Shown piece by piece: positions 23,592-34,187 of a DNA stretch of 64,000 nucleotides. The stretch is from an uncultured delta proteobacterium (lineage in GTDB: Bacteria; Desulfobacterota; Binatia; Binatales; Binataceae). The notes below the pieces were generated by a model that was given only the letters and a program-made list of their open reading frames with translations, did no database searches and was not told the origin of the DNA. The position numbers were made by a program, and so were the translations under genes. How positions within the stretch are numbered: the stretch's first letter is position 1; every line of letters begins with the position of its first letter. The stretch is from contig CAVQEQ010000003.1 of assembly GCA_963711565.1 (NCBI GenBank), forward strand, positions 160,001-224,000, given 5' to 3'.

Positions 23592-24638
23592 CTACGCCGC
23601 CGCTCGCCGCGCGATCTTTTCGCGGCTAATCGCGGCCCGCCATGCATATTCGATCGCGGCAATCATGCTCGACGGATTCGCAATCCCCTTCCCTGCGATG
23701 TCGAACGCCGTTCCGTGATCGGGCGAGGTGCGGACGAACGGCAATCCAATCGTGACGTTAACCGCGCGATCGAACTCCAGCGTCTTGAGCGCGATCAAGC
23801 CCTGGTCGTGATACATCGCAACCGCCGCATCGAAATTAAACGCGCCCGCCGTGCGGATGAACGCGGTGTCGGGCGCGAGCGGACCGTACGCGTCGATGCC
23901 GTCGCGCTGAGCGCGCCGAATCGCCGGCGCGATCACGCGGATTTCCTCGTCGCCGAACATCCCGCTTTCACCCGCATGAGGATTCAACCCGAGCACCGCG
24001 ATTCGCGGCCGCGCGATGCCAAGCGTGCCGCGCAAGTGCGTCGCGAGCAGGCGAATCGTATCCAGCACGTTGCGCTGGGTCAGTGCAGTTGCCACTTTTG
24101 CAAATCCGATATGCGCAGTCACCAGCGCGACCGTCAGCTCGCCGCCCGCGAACATCATGCGCCAAAGCCGCGTTCGGGCCATCTGCGCCAGCAGTTCCGA
24201 ATGGCCGGGAAAATGGTGCCCCGCGCGATTCATCCAATCCTTGCTGATGGGCGCGGTCACGAGGGCGTCAACCTCGCCGCCCATCGCCATCCGCGCGCCA
24301 GTTACAATGTAATCATACGCGGCGCCGCCGCCCTCGACCGTAGGATGCGCAGGGCGAATCGCGCGCGCCGACAAACTCGAGATCGAAAGTACGCCGAGTC
24401 CCTTCGCCAGGCGAATCGGCGGCTCACCCCGACGCCATTCGCGAGGAGCCGGAACGTCCCGCAATCGGGACGCCGCCACGCGCATCGCGGACAGGTCGCC
24501 GACCACAGCAATCGACGGCGCGCCGCGACGGCGCGCGAGCGCCGCTGCTGCCTTGAGGATCACCTCAGGGCCGACACCCGCCGGATCGCCCATGCTGATC
24601 GCCAACAGCGGCGGCGTCTTTCGTCTCGGCGCCGTCAT
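23592..24638 (-). CDS. pdxA: 4-hydroxythreonine-4-phosphate dehydrogenase
   Basis: [43 protein letters not shown]. Confidence 0.96.
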   Translation of the reverse strand: MTAPRRKTPPLLAISMGDPAGVGPEVILKAAAALARRRGAPSIAVVGDLSAMRVAASRLRDVPAPREWRRGEPPIRLAKGLGVLSISSLSARAIRPAHPTVEGGGAAYDYIVTGARMAMGGEVDALVTAPISKDWMNRAGHHFPGHSELLAQMARTRLWRMMFAGGELTVALVTAHIGFAKVATALTQRNVLDTIRLLATHLRGTLGIARPRIAVLGLNPHAGESGMFGDEEIRVIAPAIRRAQRDGIDAYGPLAPDTAFIRTAGAFNFDAAVAMYHDQGLIALKTLEFDRAVNVTIGLPFVRTSPDHGTAFDIAGKGIANPSSMIAAIEYAWRAAISREKIARRAAA

Positions 24639-24641
24639 CGT

Positions 24642-25865
24642 CTAGTACATGGTCTCAACGTAATGCTGCTTGACGAGATCGGATTCAACCCACTTCTCGA
24701 GCTGCTCGCTGGTCTGTTGGTCGGTCAGTTGAGCGCGAATCTGCGGCTTGACTTCGCTGAGCGGCACGACGCCCGGCACTTCATGTTCTTCGAGCTTGAC
24801 CAGATGAAAGCCGTGGTTGGTGCGAATCGGCGCCGAAACTTCGCCGGGCTTGAGCGACTTTACCCCGGCCAGGATCGAGTCATTGATGTCGCCCGGCGCG
24901 AACCATCCAAGCTCGCCGCCGTTGGACTTTGAATCGTCGTCCGAATAGACGCGCGCGAGATCGCCGAAGTCGTCGCCCTTCAGCGCACGCGCACGAACCA
25001 TCGCGGCCTTCTTCTGCGCGGCGGATACTTGCGCGGGGGTCGGGTTCGGCGGCAGCGCGATCAGGACCTGCGCAAGCTTGAGGCGCTCCTTGGTAATAGT
25101 GAAGTCGTCCTTGTGGGCGTCGTAGTAAGTCTTGATTTCGGCGTCGGACACGTTGATTTTCGCGCGGACCTCCTGCTCGATCATCATCGCTTTTTCGAGA
25201 TCGAGCCGCGCTCGCTTGCGCAGGTCATCGTAGCTCATGCCGCTCGCCTGTAATTGCGCGCGGAACTCCGCGTCGCTGAGGTGCTTTTCCGTCCGTATCT
25301 GCAGGATGTACTTATCGACCTGATCTTCGTCAACCTTGTCATCGTACTTCTTCACTTCCTGCTCGAGCAATTTCTGTCCGATCAGCGCCTTCACCGCCAT
25401 CCGGGCGGTGGCCGACGAACCGAAGTCGTCGGTGTCGATCGGCTGACCGTGCTGCGACGCGAAATCCTTGACCTCCTGCATCGTGATCGGATCGCCGTCA
25501 ACGCTGGCGACGACGCGATCGACCGCAGGCGTGCTCTCTTCCATTGCCTCGTCCGCGCTCTCAGGCTGATCCACCGGAGCAGGTGGCGGCGGTTCGTCCA
25601 TTTTCGCCTCGGCTACCGGGTCCGGCGGCTCCGGAAAAGTCTCCTTCGCCGTGCGCGACGGGTTGACCGCACCCGGTGACGGAACCGCGGTGGGCGCCGC
25701 AACCTCGGCAGAGCCCGGTATCGTCTTGAACATATCGAAGGCGTGGGGATTGAGCAGATCGACCGCGCAACCCGAAAGCGCCAGTACGATTACCATCGCC
25801 GCCACGCCGACACCGCTGCGGGCGCGTCGTGCGCCGGCGCGCGAGGAGGATCTTCTGTTCTGCAT
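24642..25865 (-). CDS. surA: SurA-like parvulin peptidyl-prolyl isomerase, probable lipoprotein
   Basis: DRVVASVDGDPIT SurA N-domain; FGDLARVYSDD..GGELG and PIRTNHGFHL; lipobox LSGC; lies between mfd and pdxA. Start uncertain. Confidence 0.8.
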   Translation of the reverse strand: MQNRRSSSRAGARRARSGVGVAAMVIVLALSGCAVDLLNPHAFDMFKTIPGSAEVAAPTAVPSPGAVNPSRTAKETFPEPPDPVAEAKMDEPPPPAPVDQPESADEAMEESTPAVDRVVASVDGDPITMQEVKDFASQHGQPIDTDDFGSSATARMAVKALIGQKLLEQEVKKYDDKVDEDQVDKYILQIRTEKHLSDAEFRAQLQASGMSYDDLRKRARLDLEKAMMIEQEVRAKINVSDAEIKTYYDAHKDDFTITKERLKLAQVLIALPPNPTPAQVSAAQKKAAMVRARALKGDDFGDLARVYSDDDSKSNGGELGWFAPGDINDSILAGVKSLKPGEVSAPIRTNHGFHLVKLEEHEVPGVVPLSEVKPQIRAQLTDQQTSEQLEKWVESDLVKQHYVETMY

Positions 25866-25869
25866 CAAT

Positions 25870-28800
25870 CTAGTTGACGGCCTGCCCGACTTTCGCGGCC
25901 GGCCAGTTTTCCAACTTTTCACAGCCCGCAAGGGCCTGCAAGACGCCGTCGAGTTGCGCGAACAATTGCTCGTAGTCGCCGGGCTCGATTCGCGCGATCA
26001 CCTGGAACGAAGGCGTCAACCGCATCGTGCGGCGATTCTGATCCGCGAGCTTCGCGAGCAGCGTCGTATCCACCGGCGCGTCGGGATGAAACCGGACCTC
26101 GAGCTGCGAGCCCTTGAGAATCGCGCTCAGGATCATCAACTGTTTCATCTGGCGGCGGACGTTCATCGCCGCGATCAGATTTTCGATCAGCGTCGGCACC
26201 GGGCCGAAGCGATCGCGCATCTCGTCGCGAATCTCGCCGAGGTCCTCCTCGCGCTCCGCCCGCGCGAGCCGCCGATAGAGCACCAGCCGCTCGTTCTCGT
26301 CGGCGACGTAAGCCTCGGGAATGTACGCGGGCACGACGATTCGCAGCTCGGGCTCGAAGTCGGGACGATTCGGCCGGCCCCGCAGTTCGGCGATCGCCTC
26401 TTCCATCATCTCGGTATAAAGCTCGAAACCGACCGCTGCGATCTCGCCGTGCTGCTCGTGGCCGAGCAGATTGCCGGCGCCGCGATGCTCGAGGTCGGCC
26501 ATCGCCAGCTTGAAGCCGCCGCCGCTCTCGGACTCGACCAGCTCGCGCAAGGCGTCGATTCGCCGCTTGGCGTCGCGCGTGATGATGTGCTCGCCGGGGA
26601 TCAGCAGGTAGGCGTACGCCTTCTGGCGCGAACGGCCGACGCGGCCACGCAACTGGTATAGCTGCGCGAGGCCGAAATGATCGGCGCGATTGATGATCAT
26701 CGTGTTGGCGTTGGGGATATCGAGACCCGATTCGATGATCGCGCTGCAGACCAGCACGTTGACGCGCTTCTCGATAAAATCGCGCATAACGTTCTCGAGC
26801 TGCCGCTCCTTCATCTGGCCGTGCGCGATCGCGGTCTTCGCCTCGGGCACCAGCGAGCGCAGATGAGAGGCCATGTAGTCGATATTCTCGACGCGGTTGT
26901 GCACGAAGAACACCTGGCCGCCGCGGTTCAGCTCGCGCAGAATCGAATCGCGAATCGTGGCGTCGTCGAAATGCGCGACGAAGGTGCGAATCAGTTGGCG
27001 GTCCGGCGGCGGCGTCTGGATCACCGAGAGGTCGCGGATGCCGAGCATCGCCATGTGCAGCGTGCGCGGAATCGGCGTCGCCGTCATCGTCAACACCGGC
27101 ACCAGTTTCTTGAGCTTCTTGATCCGCTCCTTGTCGACCACGCCGAAGCGGTGTTCTTCGTCGATCACCAGCAGGCCCAGCCGCGGGAACTGCACGTCGC
27201 TCGAAAGCAGGCGATGCGTTCCGATGATGACGTCGACTTTGCCGGCGGCGGCGTCCTCGATGACGGCCTTGTTTTCCTTGTGGCTGCGAAATCGCGAGAC
27301 CATCTCGACCCGAACCGGATAATCCTTGAAGCGGTCGCGGAAGGTATTCCAATGCTGCTCGGCGAGGATCGTCGTCGGCACCAGCAGCGCGACCTGCCGC
27401 CCGTCCATCACCGCGATGAACGCGGCACGCAGCGCGACCTCGGTTTTGCCGAAACCGGCGTCGCCGCAGATCAGGCGATCCATCGGCTTGACGCGCGTCA
27501 GGTCGCGGATGACGTCGTTGATCGCCGACTGCTGGTCGGGCGTCTCCTCGAACTCGAAGCGCGCCGCGAACTCCTCATAGTCAGCACCCGGCGCGGGATA
27601 CGCGTGCCCCTCCATCACCTCGCGCGCCGCATAGATGTCGAGCAGCTCGGCCGCCATCGCGAGCACCGCCTGCCGCGTGCGCCGCTTGACCTTCTCCCAC
27701 GAGCCGCTGCCGAGCTTGTCGAGCTTGGGCTCCGCATTGTCGCCGCCGACGTAGCGCTGAACGAGATTGATCCGCTCGACCGGCACGTACATCGTGTCGT
27801 TGCCCGCATATTCGAGATTCAAAAAATCTCCCTCAACGTCGGCGACTTTCATGTGCCGCAAGCCGCGGTACTTCGCGATACCGTGATCGATATGCACGAC
27901 GAAGTCGTCGGGCTTCAGCTCCTCGAGATTGAGCAGCGCGCCCTTCGCGCTCGGACGCCGGCGCCGGCGCGCGCGCGGCTCGCCGAAAATTTCCTCTTCG
28001 CTGTAGATGTAGAGGCCGTCCTCCTGCAGCACGACGCCGGCGGAAATCTCGCCTTCCATGATCGCAGGCCGGTAGTCCGGCCATTCGAGCAGCGCCGCTA
28101 AACTTTTGCATTCGACGTTAACCTCGAGGTCATACGCCTCGAGATGACGGCGCAGCCGCGCCACCTGATGCGGCCCCTCGACGATCATCAGCGAACGTCC
28201 CTGTCCCCGCTGGACTTCGCGCAGCTCCGTCGCCAGCGGCTCGAAGCTCGGCGGCGTCCGCGCTCCGCTCAGTTGGTTCGACCCCAGCCGCAAACTGTTT
28301 TGCGACTTGACCTCGACCGGCACCGCCCATCCCTCGCGCGGCGCGGCCATCGTCACCAGCGAGCCCACTTCGACCGCGGTGAAGTTTCCGAGCGCGCGCT
28401 CGAACGCGTCGGCCCCCAGGAATAGCGAATCCGGCACGGGATGAAACGCGGGCTTCTGCGCAGCCGCCGCAGTCTCGTTGTTCACGATATCAGCGAACCG
28501 ATTCGCCTCGGCGAGGACGCGACCCGGATCGACGAGCCACAGCAGCGAGCCCGCGGGCATATAGTCGAACACGCTGTCGAGCGCGCGCCCGTACGCGTAC
28601 GGCATCAGCAGTTCCGCGCCCGGAAACAGCAGGCCGTTCTCGAGCGCTTCGGACAACTCGGCAGCCTCCTTGCGCACCATTCCGATTTCTGCGGCGCGCA
28701 GCGTGACCTGCTCGCGCAGCTTCGGGTCCTTCAAGGCGGCAGGCGGCACGTAGCGGGTGCGCGTGATCGTCGCCTCGACGAGCTCCGCGCCCGAGCGCTG

Positions 28801-29445
28801 GCTGTCGGCGTCGAAATGACGAATCGAGGTGATCACGTCGTCTTCAAGCTCGATGCGAATAGGATCGCGGTAGAGCGGCGAGAACGCATCGACGATGCCG
28901 CCGCGCACGCTGAAGTCGCCCGCCTCTTCGGTCTGCGGCACGCGTTGATACCCGCAGGCCGCGAGCGCTTCGACAAGAGCCTCGAGATCCAGCTTGTCGC
29001 CAATGGCAACCGTGACGATTGATTCGTTGAAGACCGTGCGCGGAATCGTACGCGTCATCAGCGCTTCGGCCGAGGTGACGACGAGCGGCGACGGATGCCG
29101 AAGCATCGCGAACAGCGCGGCCAGTTGCGACGCCTGCGCGTCGGTCGGCGGCGACAATTGCGCCATCGGCTTCACTTCCCACGATCGCAGCAGATGAACC
29201 CGGCGGGTGGCGGCGTCGGCGTCAACAGCCTCACCCAGAAAAAACGCGACCTCGCCCACGAGCGCCTCGGCTTCAGGAGCCGTCGAGGTAACCGCGACGA
29301 TCGGACGCTGCAGGCGCAGCCGCATCTCGCGAATCATCAGCGCGCCGGCCGAGCCGCGCAGTCCCATCACGGGGAATCGGCGCTCGGTATTTGCCGCCAG
29401 CCGCGCTTCGAGTTCGCCGGCTGCTTCTTTGAGGCTTCGTTGCAA
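25870..29445 (-). CDS. mfd: Transcription-repair coupling factor
   Basis: RGGIVD UvrB-like module, VVHIDHGI, GDAGFGKTE, DEEHRFG, QLRGRVGR, TRCF C-terminal domain. Confidence 0.97.
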   Translation of the reverse strand: MQRSLKEAAGELEARLAANTERRFPVMGLRGSAGALMIREMRLRLQRPIVAVTSTAPEAEALVGEVAFFLGEAVDADAATRRVHLLRSWEVKPMAQLSPPTDAQASQLAALFAMLRHPSPLVVTSAEALMTRTIPRTVFNESIVTVAIGDKLDLEALVEALAACGYQRVPQTEEAGDFSVRGGIVDAFSPLYRDPIRIELEDDVITSIRHFDADSQRSGAELVEATITRTRYVPPAALKDPKLREQVTLRAAEIGMVRKEAAELSEALENGLLFPGAELLMPYAYGRALDSVFDYMPAGSLLWLVDPGRVLAEANRFADIVNNETAAAAQKPAFHPVPDSLFLGADAFERALGNFTAVEVGSLVTMAAPREGWAVPVEVKSQNSLRLGSNQLSGARTPPSFEPLATELREVQRGQGRSLMIVEGPHQVARLRRHLEAYDLEVNVECKSLAALLEWPDYRPAIMEGEISAGVVLQEDGLYIYSEEEIFGEPRARRRRRPSAKGALLNLEELKPDDFVVHIDHGIAKYRGLRHMKVADVEGDFLNLEYAGNDTMYVPVERINLVQRYVGGDNAEPKLDKLGSGSWEKVKRRTRQAVLAMAAELLDIYAAREVMEGHAYPAPGADYEEFAARFEFEETPDQQSAINDVIRDLTRVKPMDRLICGDAGFGKTEVALRAAFIAVMDGRQVALLVPTTILAEQHWNTFRDRFKDYPVRVEMVSRFRSHKENKAVIEDAAAGKVDVIIGTHRLLSSDVQFPRLGLLVIDEEHRFGVVDKERIKKLKKLVPVLTMTATPIPRTLHMAMLGIRDLSVIQTPPPDRQLIRTFVAHFDDATIRDSILRELNRGGQVFFVHNRVENIDYMASHLRSLVPEAKTAIAHGQMKERQLENVMRDFIEKRVNVLVCSAIIESGLDIPNANTMIINRADHFGLAQLYQLRGRVGRSRQKAYAYLLIPGEHIITRDAKRRIDALRELVESESGGGFKLAMADLEHRGAGNLLGHEQHGEIAAVGFELYTEMMEEAIAELRGRPNRPDFEPELRIVVPAYIPEAYVADENERLVLYRRLARAEREEDLGEIRDEMRDRFGPVPTLIENLIAAMNVRRQMKQLMILSAILKGSQLEVRFHPDAPVDTTLLAKLADQNRRTMRLTPSFQVIARIEPGDYEQLFAQLDGVLQALAGCEKLENWPAAKVGQAVN

Positions 29446-29565
29446 CTCTTATCGATCCCAATACGCAAATTCGCCCTGCGGCGATGCGCGCGAGGAGCGC
29501 ACACGCCGCCGGCGTCGGAAAGATACTAGCAGAAAATCGCCCGCGAACGCGCGAATCGAAAAGGT

Positions 29566-30390
29566 CTAGTGCGTGAAACTATCGGCGGCGGGCGGCGCCG
29601 CATTCGCGATCGGCTCACCGACTGCGCCGACCTTCACCGCGATCGTGATCGTCTTGTGCGCCGGGTGGTCGCCCGTCCCAGTCGGCCTGATCACCTCCAG
29701 GTACATCGTGTCGCCCGGCTTCAGCCGCGCCATCGCACTTTCCAGATCGCTCTGATCGCGCACGCGCTCGCCGTCTATCCCGACGATCAGATCACCGCCC
29801 TGTCCCACTGCTCCCGTGCCTCCCAGCGCCTTGGTGGCCAAGATGGTGCCGCCGGGCAATATTGCGCTCAGAGTAGTGAGCGCCGCGCCGACCGCGGTCA
29901 TTCCCGCGCGCGCCTGCAGACCCGCGCGCTCGGCAGGACTGTTGGGATCGATCGTCAGCACTTCGAGGCCATGCAGCTCGCCCCCGAGGTAGCACTGCGT
30001 CGCGTATGCCACCGTCATGCCGAGGTAGGGCCGTGCATGCGGCTGGTTATTGTCGCCGTTACCGTTGTTGTTGAGGTTGCTGTCCGCGTCGCTCGTACCA
30101 TTCTCGGTGCCGGGGCGGAAGTTGGGCTCGACCGACGCGTTGTCCTCGCCCGGATTGAAATTTCGGTCGCTCGGGATTTCCTTGACGGCCGGTTTCGGCG
30201 CTACCAGACCGGGCTGCGGCGCTATCTCGAGCGTCGTGTCGTCGCTGTCGCCCTGCCCCGCAATGTTGTGCGGATTGGAATCGCCCCCGCCCTGGGAGCT
30301 GGTCTGCGAGTCCTGCGCGGGTGCAAGTTGAGTGAACGCAAACAGTGCAGCCGTGGCCACTCCGATCGCGAGTATCTTCTGCAACTTCAT
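29566..30390 (-). CDS. Secreted PDZ domain protein
   Basis: Signal peptide, low-complexity linker, then RPYLG, PNSPAERAGL, GDLIVGIDG, KPGD. No protease triad visible. Confidence 0.75.
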   Translation of the reverse strand: MKLQKILAIGVATAALFAFTQLAPAQDSQTSSQGGGDSNPHNIAGQGDSDDTTLEIAPQPGLVAPKPAVKEIPSDRNFNPGEDNASVEPNFRPGTENGTSDADSNLNNNGNGDNNQPHARPYLGMTVAYATQCYLGGELHGLEVLTIDPNSPAERAGLQARAGMTAVGAALTTLSAILPGGTILATKALGGTGAVGQGGDLIVGIDGERVRDQSDLESAMARLKPGDTMYLEVIRPTGTGDHPAHKTITIAVKVGAVGEPIANAAPPAADSFTH

Positions 30391-30487
30391 AGAGCACTGC
30401 AAATATAGGCCCGCCAAGCGATCTGCTCAAGACTGGACGGTTTTACTTGAAGCAGGCTCGAACGCATGCGAAAGTTTTGACCGACTC

Positions 30488-31495
30488 ATGAAAATAATTT
30501 CAACAGTCGCGCTACAACCCGCGCAGCGCAGCGCAATCCTGAACGCCGTGCCGGGCGCCGACCTGGCGGATCGTCAATGCCGTACGGCTGAAGAAGTAAG
30601 CGAGCTGGTGGGCTCGGGATGCGACGTGATGCTCACGTTTCGGGTGCCCAACGACATCGCGACTCGCGCGCGCGGGCTTAAATGGATTCAACTGCTGAGT
30701 GCGGGCGCCGACCACGTACTCGGTGGGCCGCTCAAGAGCACTCCGATGGCAATCACGACCGCGAGCGGAATTCACGCGACGCCGATCGCAGAATACACGC
30801 TGGCCTCGATGCTCGCGTATGCGCATCGGATACATCTGGCGATTCGGGCGCAGGTCCGCCGCGAGTGGATGCGATCGGGCGCTTTCATGGCGGGCGTCGA
30901 TGACATCCGCGGGCAGACGCTCGGCATCATCGGCTACGGCTCAATCGGAAGAGAAACGGCGCGGCTCGCGGCCGCATTTGGAATGAAAGTGATCGCGCTC
31001 AAGCGCAACCCGGCCGACCGCGCCGACCCCGGATGGAGCCCGGCAGGGCTTGGCGATCCTGAGGGCAAAATCCCATCACGAATCTTCGGCGCTGATGAGC
31101 GCGAAGCGATCCTACGCGAATCCGACTACATCTCGGTGACACTGCCGCTAACCGACCACACGCGCAAATTCATCGGCGAGCGCGAGTTCGCCGCGATGAA
31201 GCCCGGCGCGTATCTCGTAAACATAGGGCGCGGCGAAGTGATCGATGAACGTGCGATGGCCGCGGCGCTGACCGCCGCAAAAATCGGCGGCGCGGGCCTC
31301 AACGTCTTCGAGCATGAACCGCTGGAAGCGAGCAGCCCGCTGTGGGACATGGAAAACGTCATCCTGACGCCGCACATCTCGGGCGCGAGCCGCGGCTACA
31401 TGGACAAAGCCTGCGAGCTATTTGCGGAAAATCTGAAAAGGTTCGCGGCGAATCGCCCGCTACTGAATCTGGTAGATCCAGCGCTCGGCTATTGA
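30488..31495 (+). CDS. D-2-hydroxyacid dehydrogenase family protein
   Basis: GIIGYGSIG, LPLT, NIGRG, EPL, TPHISG. Confidence 0.92.
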   Translation: MKIISTVALQPAQRSAILNAVPGADLADRQCRTAEEVSELVGSGCDVMLTFRVPNDIATRARGLKWIQLLSAGADHVLGGPLKSTPMAITTASGIHATPIAEYTLASMLAYAHRIHLAIRAQVRREWMRSGAFMAGVDDIRGQTLGIIGYGSIGRETARLAAAFGMKVIALKRNPADRADPGWSPAGLGDPEGKIPSRIFGADEREAILRESDYISVTLPLTDHTRKFIGEREFAAMKPGAYLVNIGRGEVIDERAMAAALTAAKIGGAGLNVFEHEPLEASSPLWDMENVILTPHISGASRGYMDKACELFAENLKRFAANRPLLNLVDPALGY

Positions 31496-31504
31496 TTGCA
31501 GGAG

Positions 31505-32704
31505 TCAGTCGAGACCGATCGCGTCGCGAAGTGCCTTGGTCCAGCCGAGCCAGCGTTGGTCGGGTCCGCTGAAGCCGTCCCACAACATGCTGTTGCACAC
31601 ATAGGCCACTGCGATGCCTGATTCCGGATGCGCGAAGGCCATGCGGCCGCCTGCGCCGCCGTGACCGAAAGATCCTTCGCCCAGCATAGGCTCAATCGCG
31701 CGCGGCAGCTCGAAACCCAGACCGAATCTTTGCGGTCCCGGACCAGCCAGCGGCTTCAGCGAAGCGGGCGCACCAAGCTCCTCGTCCTGCGATTCGCGCG
31801 CGCGCTCGACGGTCTCGGGCGTCAGCAGGCGAATGCCATCGATCTCGCCGACGCAGGCGGCGTACATCTTTGCCAGCGAGCGCGCATTCGCGATGCCGTT
31901 GCCGAAGGGAAGTTGAGCCGCGTGAGCTTCACGCGTGTTGATCAGATTCAAACCGTCGGCGCCCGACGCGATCAAACCTAATGCGGCGCGCACCGGGCGT
32001 GCGTTCAGGTCCATCCCGAGGCTACTGAACAACGCGCGACCCTGCTCCTCAGTCAGCTGCGCCGGAGGAACGATATGCGGCGCGACGCGATGCTCCTGCT
32101 CGGCCGGAAGTCCTATCCAGAAGTCGAGCTTGAGCGGTCCGGCGATTTCTGCGGCGACAAACTCACCGACGGTTTTGCCCGAGACGCGCCGGACGATCTC
32201 ACCGGCCAGATAGCCAAAGGTCAACGCGTGATAGAAGTACGCGGTACCGGGTTTCCACCAAGGCTCCATGTTCGCGAGCGCCATCGTGCAGCGCTTCCAA
32301 TCGAAGAGAGCGGCGCCGGATATTCCATCTTCCTCATCGAAACTCATGAGGCCCGCTCGATGTGCCAGAATGTCGCGGACGGTGATTCCGGCCTTACCCT
32401 TGGCCGCGAACTCCGGCCAATAGCGCGCAACCGGCGCGTCGTAGTCGATCAAACCACGCTGCGCGAGCATGTGCACGCTCACTGCAACGACAGCCTTGGT
32501 GCACGACATCAATATTGTGATCGTGTCTGCGGTGAACGGCCGGCCTTTCACCTTGTCCATTCCCGCCCACACATCGACCACTCTCCGGCCGTGCCGATAC
32601 ACGCATAACTGTGCGCCGCCTTCGTCATTCGCCTGTCCCTCTGCGAATGCGTCGCGCACAGCCTCGAACCCGTGATCCACCGTTCCTTCAGCCCGCATCG
32701 TCAT
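31505..32704 (-). CDS. Serine hydrolase (beta-lactamase/EstB-like esterase)
   Basis: SCTK (SxxK), YHALTFG, FGHGGAGG. Confidence 0.9.
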   Translation of the reverse strand: MTMRAEGTVDHGFEAVRDAFAEGQANDEGGAQLCVYRHGRRVVDVWAGMDKVKGRPFTADTITILMSCTKAVVAVSVHMLAQRGLIDYDAPVARYWPEFAAKGKAGITVRDILAHRAGLMSFDEEDGISGAALFDWKRCTMALANMEPWWKPGTAYFYHALTFGYLAGEIVRRVSGKTVGEFVAAEIAGPLKLDFWIGLPAEQEHRVAPHIVPPAQLTEEQGRALFSSLGMDLNARPVRAALGLIASGADGLNLINTREAHAAQLPFGNGIANARSLAKMYAACVGEIDGIRLLTPETVERARESQDEELGAPASLKPLAGPGPQRFGLGFELPRAIEPMLGEGSFGHGGAGGRMAFAHPESGIAVAYVCNSMLWDGFSGPDQRWLGWTKALRDAIGLD

Positions 32705-32717
32705 ACCTCAAAGTTGA

Positions 32718-34187
32718 TTACCCTCCGCTGCTTCGCAGCGCCGCGAGAAATCTCTCCTTTAATCCATCGAATGGGCCGTTGGACATGAACAGCGCAACGT
32801 CGCCTGTGCGCGCGTCGGCGATCATCTGCTGGAGGATCTCGTCGTTCGACGCGCATGCTATCGCATGAGGGCCGCGTGCGGTGATCGCGCTCGCGAGCGC
32901 ACCGGTTTCCAGACGCTCGGCGGGCGCGATCGGATCGTTGTCCTTGAAATAGACCGGGCCCAGGTAAACACGCGACGCCCTGTCGAAGGCGGCCGCGAAC
33001 GCATCCTGAAATACGTTGCGGCGGGCAGTATTCGAACGCGGCTCGAACGCCGCGAGTATCCGCCGGCCGGGGAAGCGTTCGGCAATCGCCTCGAGCGTGA
33101 CGCCAATCGCCGTCGGATGGTGCGCGAAGTCATCGACCACCGTCACTCCCGCCGCCTCTCCAATCACCTGCTGGCGGCGCACCACGCCCTTGAAGCTGCG
33201 CAGTCCGGCCGCAATCTCGTCGCCGGAGACTCCGAACGCGCTGAGCAGCAAGTAAACACCAAGCGCGTTGGCGACGTTCATTCGGCCGCCGATCGGCAGA
33301 TGGATTGAATCGTGGATTCGGTCGCCATTTCGCGTCACCGAAAATCTCGCACCGTCGGCGCCGACCGTGATTTCCGTCGCGCGATATTCGCCGTCACGCA
33401 GGCCGTAGGTGAGGCGCCGCGAGCGAGCGGCCGCGCTGACTTCGAGCGCATGCGGAAAGTCGGCGCATACCGCGAGTACGCGCGACGAATCCATCTGCTC
33501 GACGAGCGCGCGGAAACTGGATTTCACATGCTCGAGGTCGCGATAGATATCGGCGTGATCGAATTCGACCGCGGTGATGATCGCGCCGCTGGCGCGGTAG
33601 TGCAGAAATTTCGGGCCCTTGTCGAAGAACGCGGTGTCGTACTCGTCGCCCTCGATCACGAAATCGGCGCCGCTGCCGAGCCGGTAATTCGATCCGAAGT
33701 CGCTCGCGACTCCACCCACCAGCATCGAAGGATCGCGCCCAGCGGCCTCGAGCACGTGCCCCATCATCGCAGTCGAAGTAGTTTTGCCATGCGTTCCCGC
33801 GACCATCAGCACGCGCCGGCCGCTGAGAAAAAAATGCCACAGCGCCTCGGGCATCGAGAGATACGGAATCGGCGACGCGAGCAGCGCGATGGCTTCGGGA
33901 TTAGTCGGGACGATCACGTTGCCCACCACCGCCAGGTCGGGCGCAGGCGAAAGATTCGCCGGCGAGAATCCGGTCATCAATCCGACCCGCGAATTTTTAA
34001 GAAGCGATGCCGTCGGCTCGTAGAGCTGATTGTCGGAGCCGGTGACCGATAAGCCGCGCTCGACCAGCATCCCGGCCAGCGCGGCCATCGCGGTGCCGCC
34101 GACTCCGATCAGATGCACGCGCCTGACCGACGCCGGGATTCGCGCGAGGCGTGAAGCGCTGCCGGAATCAGCCACCGTCGAGCGCAT
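32718..34187 (-). CDS. mpl: UDP-MurNAc:tripeptide ligase (MurC/Mpl family)
   Basis: GVGGTAM, GTHGKTT, IEGDEYDTAFFDKGPKF, DDFAHHPTAI, FEPRSNT, MSNG are Mpl-type signatures. Confidence 0.88.
   Translation of the reverse strand: MRSTVADSGSASRLARIPASVRRVHLIGVGGTAMAALAGMLVERGLSVTGSDNQLYEPTASLLKNSRVGLMTGFSPANLSPAPDLAVVGNVIVPTNPEAIALLASPIPYLSMPEALWHFFLSGRRVLMVAGTHGKTTSTAMMGHVLEAAGRDPSMLVGGVASDFGSNYRLGSGADFVIEGDEYDTAFFDKGPKFLHYRASGAIITAVEFDHADIYRDLEHVKSSFRALVEQMDSSRVLAVCADFPHALEVSAAARSRRLTYGLRDGEYRATEITVGADGARFSVTRNGDRIHDSIHLPIGGRMNVANALGVYLLLSAFGVSGDEIAAGLRSFKGVVRRQQVIGEAAGVTVVDDFAHHPTAIGVTLEAIAERFPGRRILAAFEPRSNTARRNVFQDAFAAAFDRASRVYLGPVYFKDNDPIAPAERLETGALASAITARGPHAIACASNDEILQQMIADARTGDVALFMSNGPFDGLKERFLAALRSSGG

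Noticed and set aside
31290-31325. LNV in place of the conserved LDV in the 2-hydroxyacid dehydrogenase
   Set aside because: A single substitution with the catalytic Arg, Glu and His motifs intact; it cannot be interpreted without an alignment.
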